64,000 bases of DNA from Octopus sinensis (Eukaryota), in assembly GCF_006345805.1 (NCBI RefSeq), contig NC_042997.1, positions 86,180,001 through 86,244,000 on the forward strand, in the 5' to 3' direction. The translations under genes were made by a program, and so were the position numbers. The notes under the pieces are model-generated. The model saw nothing but the letters and a program-made list of their open reading frames with translations. It made no database searches and had not been told where the DNA came from. This document shows, piece after piece, positions 58,836-64,000 of the stretch. Numbering within the stretch: position 1 is the first letter of the stretch; each line of letters begins with the position of its first letter.

Positions 58836-60786
58836 TGTACATGCACACACACACACACACACACATATAGACACACACATACATACACACATGTTATGTA
58901 TCTTTGCATATCTATAATATTTTGCCTGAATGCTTCTTGGAGCACATTTGTATGCACATGTTTACATGCACATATATCTCATATACTCAGGTGTGTGTAT
59001 GCGTGCACATGTGTGTGTCCCTCTAGCTACTTCCATCTGTATTCTTTAACACGGTCACTCCCAACAACACACAAACACACATACTCAACCAATATACACT
59101 TACACATACACCACACATCATTCAAAATTATTCTCTTTCCCATTGTTTTATTTTCAGATTTAGCTAAATTGGAGCCAAATTTTTCTTGGCAATTTACTCC
59201 ATTATATTTATTCCTGAAATGGTTTATTGTGCAAGTGCAGCTAGTGTGCAAGTGTTGGCACTCTGTCTGAGTGCATGTGCAGAATCTATTTTGTGCATCT
59301 CTATTTGCCACCCAATCCCATCTGACCTATCCTTCCACCCACATGCTTACTTTCTCTTTCTCTCTCTCTAATTTTCAAACCCCCTGCTCTCTGCTCCTCT
59401 CTTACTCTCTTTATTCTCTTTTTATCACCTTGTCCCCCACCTCTCTCTCTCTATCTATCTATATCTCTCTGCCATCTGCATGTATAATTTTCATTTTATC
59501 CTTTATTTATCGTTCTTCACTTGGACTGTGCAAATAAAATCTGGAAAGCAAGCCAAAATTATTGGATGGAGGGAGGGGCAGTGAAAAGGCCAATGATGAT
59601 GAGGATGATGATGATCATCATCAGTGATCATCTTAGATGTTGTTGTTATTACCTCTGTTATCCACTTTTATCATTATTTATTGCCATCCTCAGCATCATC
59701 CCTCATTATCATAGCTTTCAAAGCCATTGAGTGAACTTCTACATGGTTGTTTATAATGCTTGAAATAGTGACTAAATCTGTCTCATATTATACCCTAATG
59801 TGATCATTGGATAACATGGTCCTGGATTTTCTGCACATAGGAAAATGTCAAGATGGTCATAGATGGAATGCCTTTGGACATTCATCTGTTCAGAGTTAGC
59901 CAGCAAAAAACTAAACAATAAAATGTTCGCTTTCATCATTCTTATCCTAATTCAGTGGCATAGCAAAAGTTCATACAGACAAAAGACACCTTTGACTCTC
60001 CAACCATGACAGACCAGAAGAAGCTTTTGCTCCTCTTCACACCTGCACCCAGGAACAGCTGTCTTCACCAAACAACTGTCTCCACCAACCAACTGTCTCC
60101 ACCTTACTTTGTTTCCTTATGCAATACCTCTGTCCTGGTTATCATCTAGCCTAAAATACTTCCTGATTAGCTGTTGAGAACACTGATAGATTTCCCTTTG
60201 TTGCTAGTATTCTTCATTTTAAATGATCATCAATTACAACAATACTACTAATCTGGTATGACCTGCAATTATCATATCTGTTGCCTTTTCCTTCCGTCAC
60301 TAACTTATAAAAGACAAAAAAAACAGTCTTCATGTTAATATTTCATTTGATACAAACTCCTTATTCACCTACCAATGAAATAGAAAGGAAAAAATTCTGT
60401 TGTATGGCTAAGACATTCTCTTCACAATCATGTAGTTTGGGGTTTAGTCCCACTGTGTGTGGACCGAGTGAACCTGATACCAATACTATCTACAATAGTC
60501 TTGTGTTAATCAATGTTTTGGGAGTAAAATTTGGAAGACAAAACTGTACAGAAGCCATCATGTGTGTGTTTATGTGCATGCATCTCTATGTTCATGTCCC
60601 ATAACTTAGCAACTCACCAAACAGAGGTTGATAAAATAAGTGATAGACTTAAAAATAAGGACTGGAGTCAATATAATAATCCAAAACCCCAGCACACAGA
60701 ACTGGAATCAATAGCTCAAGTTATCTCATTTTACAATCTAACAACTTCACCCTTTTCCATATATATATATATATATATAAAGAGTG

Positions 60787-61083
60787 TGAAGGTGCATGAC
60801 TCAGTGATTAAAACATCAGGCTCACAATCATGTGGTAGTGAGTTCGATTCCCAGACTGGGCTGTGTATTGTGTTCTTGAGCAAAACACTTTATTTCCCAT
60901 TACAACATCACTAGTGCCAATCTGTATCAGCCCTTGCCTTTCCTTTGAATATCATCAGTAGTGTGGAGAGGAGAGGATGGTATGCATGGGTGACTGCTGG
61001 TCTTCCATAAACAATCTTGCCTAGTGGGTAACTTTCTAGGTGGAATCCCATGGTCATTCATGACCGAAGGGAGTCTTTACCCT
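60787..61083 (+). mobile_element. tRNA-derived SINE family C
   Basis: B box GAGTTCGATTCC, TTCTTGAGCAAAACACTT core and CATGACCGAAGGGAGTCTT tail. Confidence 0.85.
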
Positions 61084-61107
61084 ATATTTAAAGACAAGGA
61101 TCAAATA

Positions 61108-61312
61108 TTGGTTTCAACAGTTGGTACAAGGCCAGCAGTTTTGGGTAAAGGACTAAGTCAATTAAATCAACCACAGTGCTCAGTTGGTGCTTATTTCATC
61201 AATCCTGAAAGGATGAAAAGCAAAGTCAACCATGACAGAATTTGAACTCTGAACATAAAGGCAAATGAAATATTGCTAAGCATTTCACCCAGCATGCTAA
61301 TGTTTCTGCCAA
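61108..61312 (-). mobile_element. Meta-domain SINE B2
   Basis: GAAAGGATGAAAAGCAAAGTCAACC...GAATTTGAACTC...TTTCTGCCA. Confidence 0.8.
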
Positions 61313-62056
61313 ACACACACCTACCAAGCTTTCACCCATGCCCCAATCTGTAACTACCAAAAACCTACCAACTGCCTACTGGGAGTACCCTGCCTTTTAA
61401 AGGCTGTAGTCTATAAAACCACCCTCACACCCTAGTAGCTTATTTAGAAAACAAATAAGGATTAGTGATAGGAACAGCATCTGAACATAGAAAATCTGCC
61501 TCAATAAGTTTTGCCTAACCCATGTCAGTTCGGAAAAATGGATGTGCAACCAAAAAATCTATCTCAACAAGTTTTGTCTAACTCATGCCAGTTTTGAAAA
61601 ACGAATATGAAACCAAAAGAAATGAATAATTGTAAAGCTGTTTGTTTCCCCTTATTGCTTTTCTCTGTGTGGGAGGAAGGGTGCCTAAATCTGTCTGTTT
61701 GGAAGAAATGAAAGATGAATGACTAAATTTAATCTAAGATTTAATTTAGAAAAATCAAAATGAAACAAAAACACAAATTGATAAAAAATGTAACTTAACA
61801 ACAAATACAAATAAACAAGAGCACAGTCATTATTGAATCTGATAACAGATCAATAAAAAACTACAGAAAACATCAGGAATAAAAAGAGAAAACAAAAAGA
61901 AAAATCAAAAGAAATTGAAGAAACAGAAGAACATGATTACAATGTGACAAAGCTTCCAAGATGAAGATATAAACAGTTACAAAAAGCTATTAAAAAAATT
62001 AAAAAGAAACAGACATAAAAATTATAATGACAAGGGTAAAAATATATGATATATAC

Positions 62057-63262
62057 CATCATCATCACTTAACGTCCACTTTCCATGCTGGCATGGGTTG
62101 GATGGTTTGACTGAAAACTGGTAAGCTGGGGGAGAGGGCTGCACCAGGTTCCAATCTGATTTGGCTAGATACCCTCCCTAATGCCAACCACTCTGAGAGT
62201 GTAGTAGGTGTTTTTTCCTGCCGCTGGCATGGGTGCCAATGACCTGACACCAGCATCAGCCACAACTATGGTCTCACTTGGTTTGATAGGTCTATACAAG
62301 CACAGTATATTGCCAAAGGTCTTGTTCACCTGTCACTGCCTTCATGAGGCCCACCACTCAAATGGTGCTCTTAACGTGCCACCAGCACAGGTGCCCATCA
62401 AACGGCACTGGCATCAGCCATGACTATGATTTCACTCGGTTTGACAGATCTTCACAAGCACAGCATATTGCCCAACTATTGAAGAGTGCTTTCAATGGGC
62501 TAGTTATGCAGCACTGGCATCAGCCACAACTACAGTCTCACTTGGCTTTATGTCACTGCTTCCATGAGGCCCAATGTTCAAATGGTGCCTTTTACATGCT
62601 AACAGCATGGGTGCCAATCAGATGGCACTGGCATCAGCTACAACTACAATTTCACTTGGTTCAACAGGTTCACAAGCACAGTATATTGCTCAACAATTGA
62701 AGGGTGCTTTTAACAGGCCAGTTACATGACACCAGCACCAGCCACAACTACTATCTCACTTGGCTTGAAGAGTCTTCTCAAGCACAGCATATCTCCAAAG
62801 ATCTCTGTTGCTTGTCATTGCCTCTGCACGCCCCAACATTTGAAGATTGTGCTTCACTACCTCATCCCATGTCTTCCTGGGTTTACCTCTTCCACAGGTT
62901 CCCTCCACCATTTAGAGTGTGACACTTCTTCACACAGCTGTCCTCATTCATACGTATCACATGACCATACCAGCACAGTTATCTCTCTTGCACACCACAT
63001 CTAATGCTTCTTATCTCCAACTGTTCTCTTAGGATGCTTACATTCTGTCATGCCTACACACTGACATTACACATCCAGTGGAGTATACTAGCTTCATTTC
63101 TTACAAGCTTATGCATGTTCTCAGTAATCACAGCCCATGTTTCACTGCTGTGTAGCACGGTTGTTCACACACAGGCATCATACAGTCTGCCATTCACTCT
63201 GAGCAAGAAACCCTTTGTTACCAGCAGAAGTAGAAGCTCTCTGAACTTTTCCCAACCTATTT
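62057..63262 (-). mobile_element. 5'-truncated RTE-clade LINE (ORF C-terminus, tandem-repeat 3' UTR, (GAT)n tail)
   Basis: The minus strand from 63260 to 62830 reads IGWEKFRELLLLLVTKGFLLRVNGRLYDACV*TTVLHSSETWAV...ILHWMCNV...ER*LCWYGHVIRMNEDSCVKKC/VEGTCGRGKPRKTWDEVV, followed by UTR repeats and the tail. Confidence 0.92.
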
Positions 63263-63419
63263 TAGACCTTTTAATTGGCCAAAGAATGATAAGTTATTCT
63301 TTGGTCAATTATTCAGAAGCCTCTTTGCCAATCCAAGTGTATATCAAATAAGTATGTTATAATCCTCACAGAATGAATAGCAAAAATATTGGGGGAAAGT
63401 TTATACAAATAATCCCATG

Positions 63420-63727
63420 AATGACCATGGGATTCCACCTAGAAAGCTCTCCTCCAAGGCACAAGTCCAGGCAAGGTTGCTTATTGAAGACCAACAGTCA
63501 CCCATGCATACCAGCCTCCCTTCTCCACACCACCAATGTTATCCAAGGGAAAGGCAAAAGCCAATACAGCTTGGCACCAGTGATGTCGCAACTCATTTTT
63601 ACAGCTGAGTGAAGTGGAGCAGCATGAAATAAAGTGTCTTGCTCAAGAACACAGCATACAGCCCAGTCTGAGAATCAAATCCACTACCTCATGATTGTGA
63701 GCCCAACACTCTAACCACTGAGCCATA
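63420..63727 (-). mobile_element. tRNA-derived SINE family C
   Basis: Reverse complement of 4237-4568. Confidence 0.88.
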
Positions 63728-63741
63728 TATATATATATATA

Positions 63742-64000
63742 TGCAGCTGGTGCAAAGTCCCATCCAAACCTAGTGTGACATGGTGGGGGAACAACGCTGT
63801 AGACAAGGCCATTAGAGCAAAGAAACTAGCCTGGAAGGCCTGGAAGAGTTGGGGTAGCAGGAAACTGTATCAAATAGCCAGAAGGGAAGCTAAGGGACAG
63901 GTATAGTTACCCAAGGGAGAAGCAGAAAAGAAGTATTTTGCCTATGTTCAATGACATGAGGACTAAAGAACTGAAGTGTTTTGGATTGCAAGACAGTATC
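63742..64000 (+). mobile_element. RTE LINE ORF fragment (linker between endonuclease and RT), running off the window
   Basis: Reads SWCKVPSKPSVTWWGNNAVDKAIRAKKLAWKAWKSWGSRKLYQIARREAKGQV*..., matching the RTE motif TWWW...V..AI..KK.AWK.W. Confidence 0.8.

Overview
AT-rich, microsatellite-saturated eukaryotic DNA. Its repeat complement (tRNA-derived SINEs with CORE-like and Meta-type domains, RTE LINE remnants, TTAA MITEs, dense (CA)n/(TA)n/(GA)n/(CAT)n/(ATT)n tracts) is typical of an octopod cephalopod genome (Octopus-like; inferred, not proven). Nearly all ORFs in the supplied track are microsatellite or SINE artefacts. The window looks like the interior of very long introns: the only convincing exon is a 51-nt phase 1-1 plus-strand exon (36682-36732) that reads like the end of a signal peptide. 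Recognisable mobile DNA includes a DD34D mariner transposase relic, a mariner MITE, a hAT MITE with an 8-bp TSD, TTAA MITEs, five RTE LINE coding fragments, a decayed Penelope-like element and many SINEs. The most notable structure is: a 3-kb pile-up of about 14 Meta-domain SINEs arranged head-to-head; two decayed type I hammerhead ribozyme motifs; an 848-bp T(A)T...ACA element with a 4-bp TSD (Ginger-like or solo LTR) nested in a MITE; two long near-perfect hairpins; an 80-bp long-range inverted duplication; and an octamer/homeodomain motif cluster. All family names come from motif recognition by eye, and repeat boundaries are approximate.
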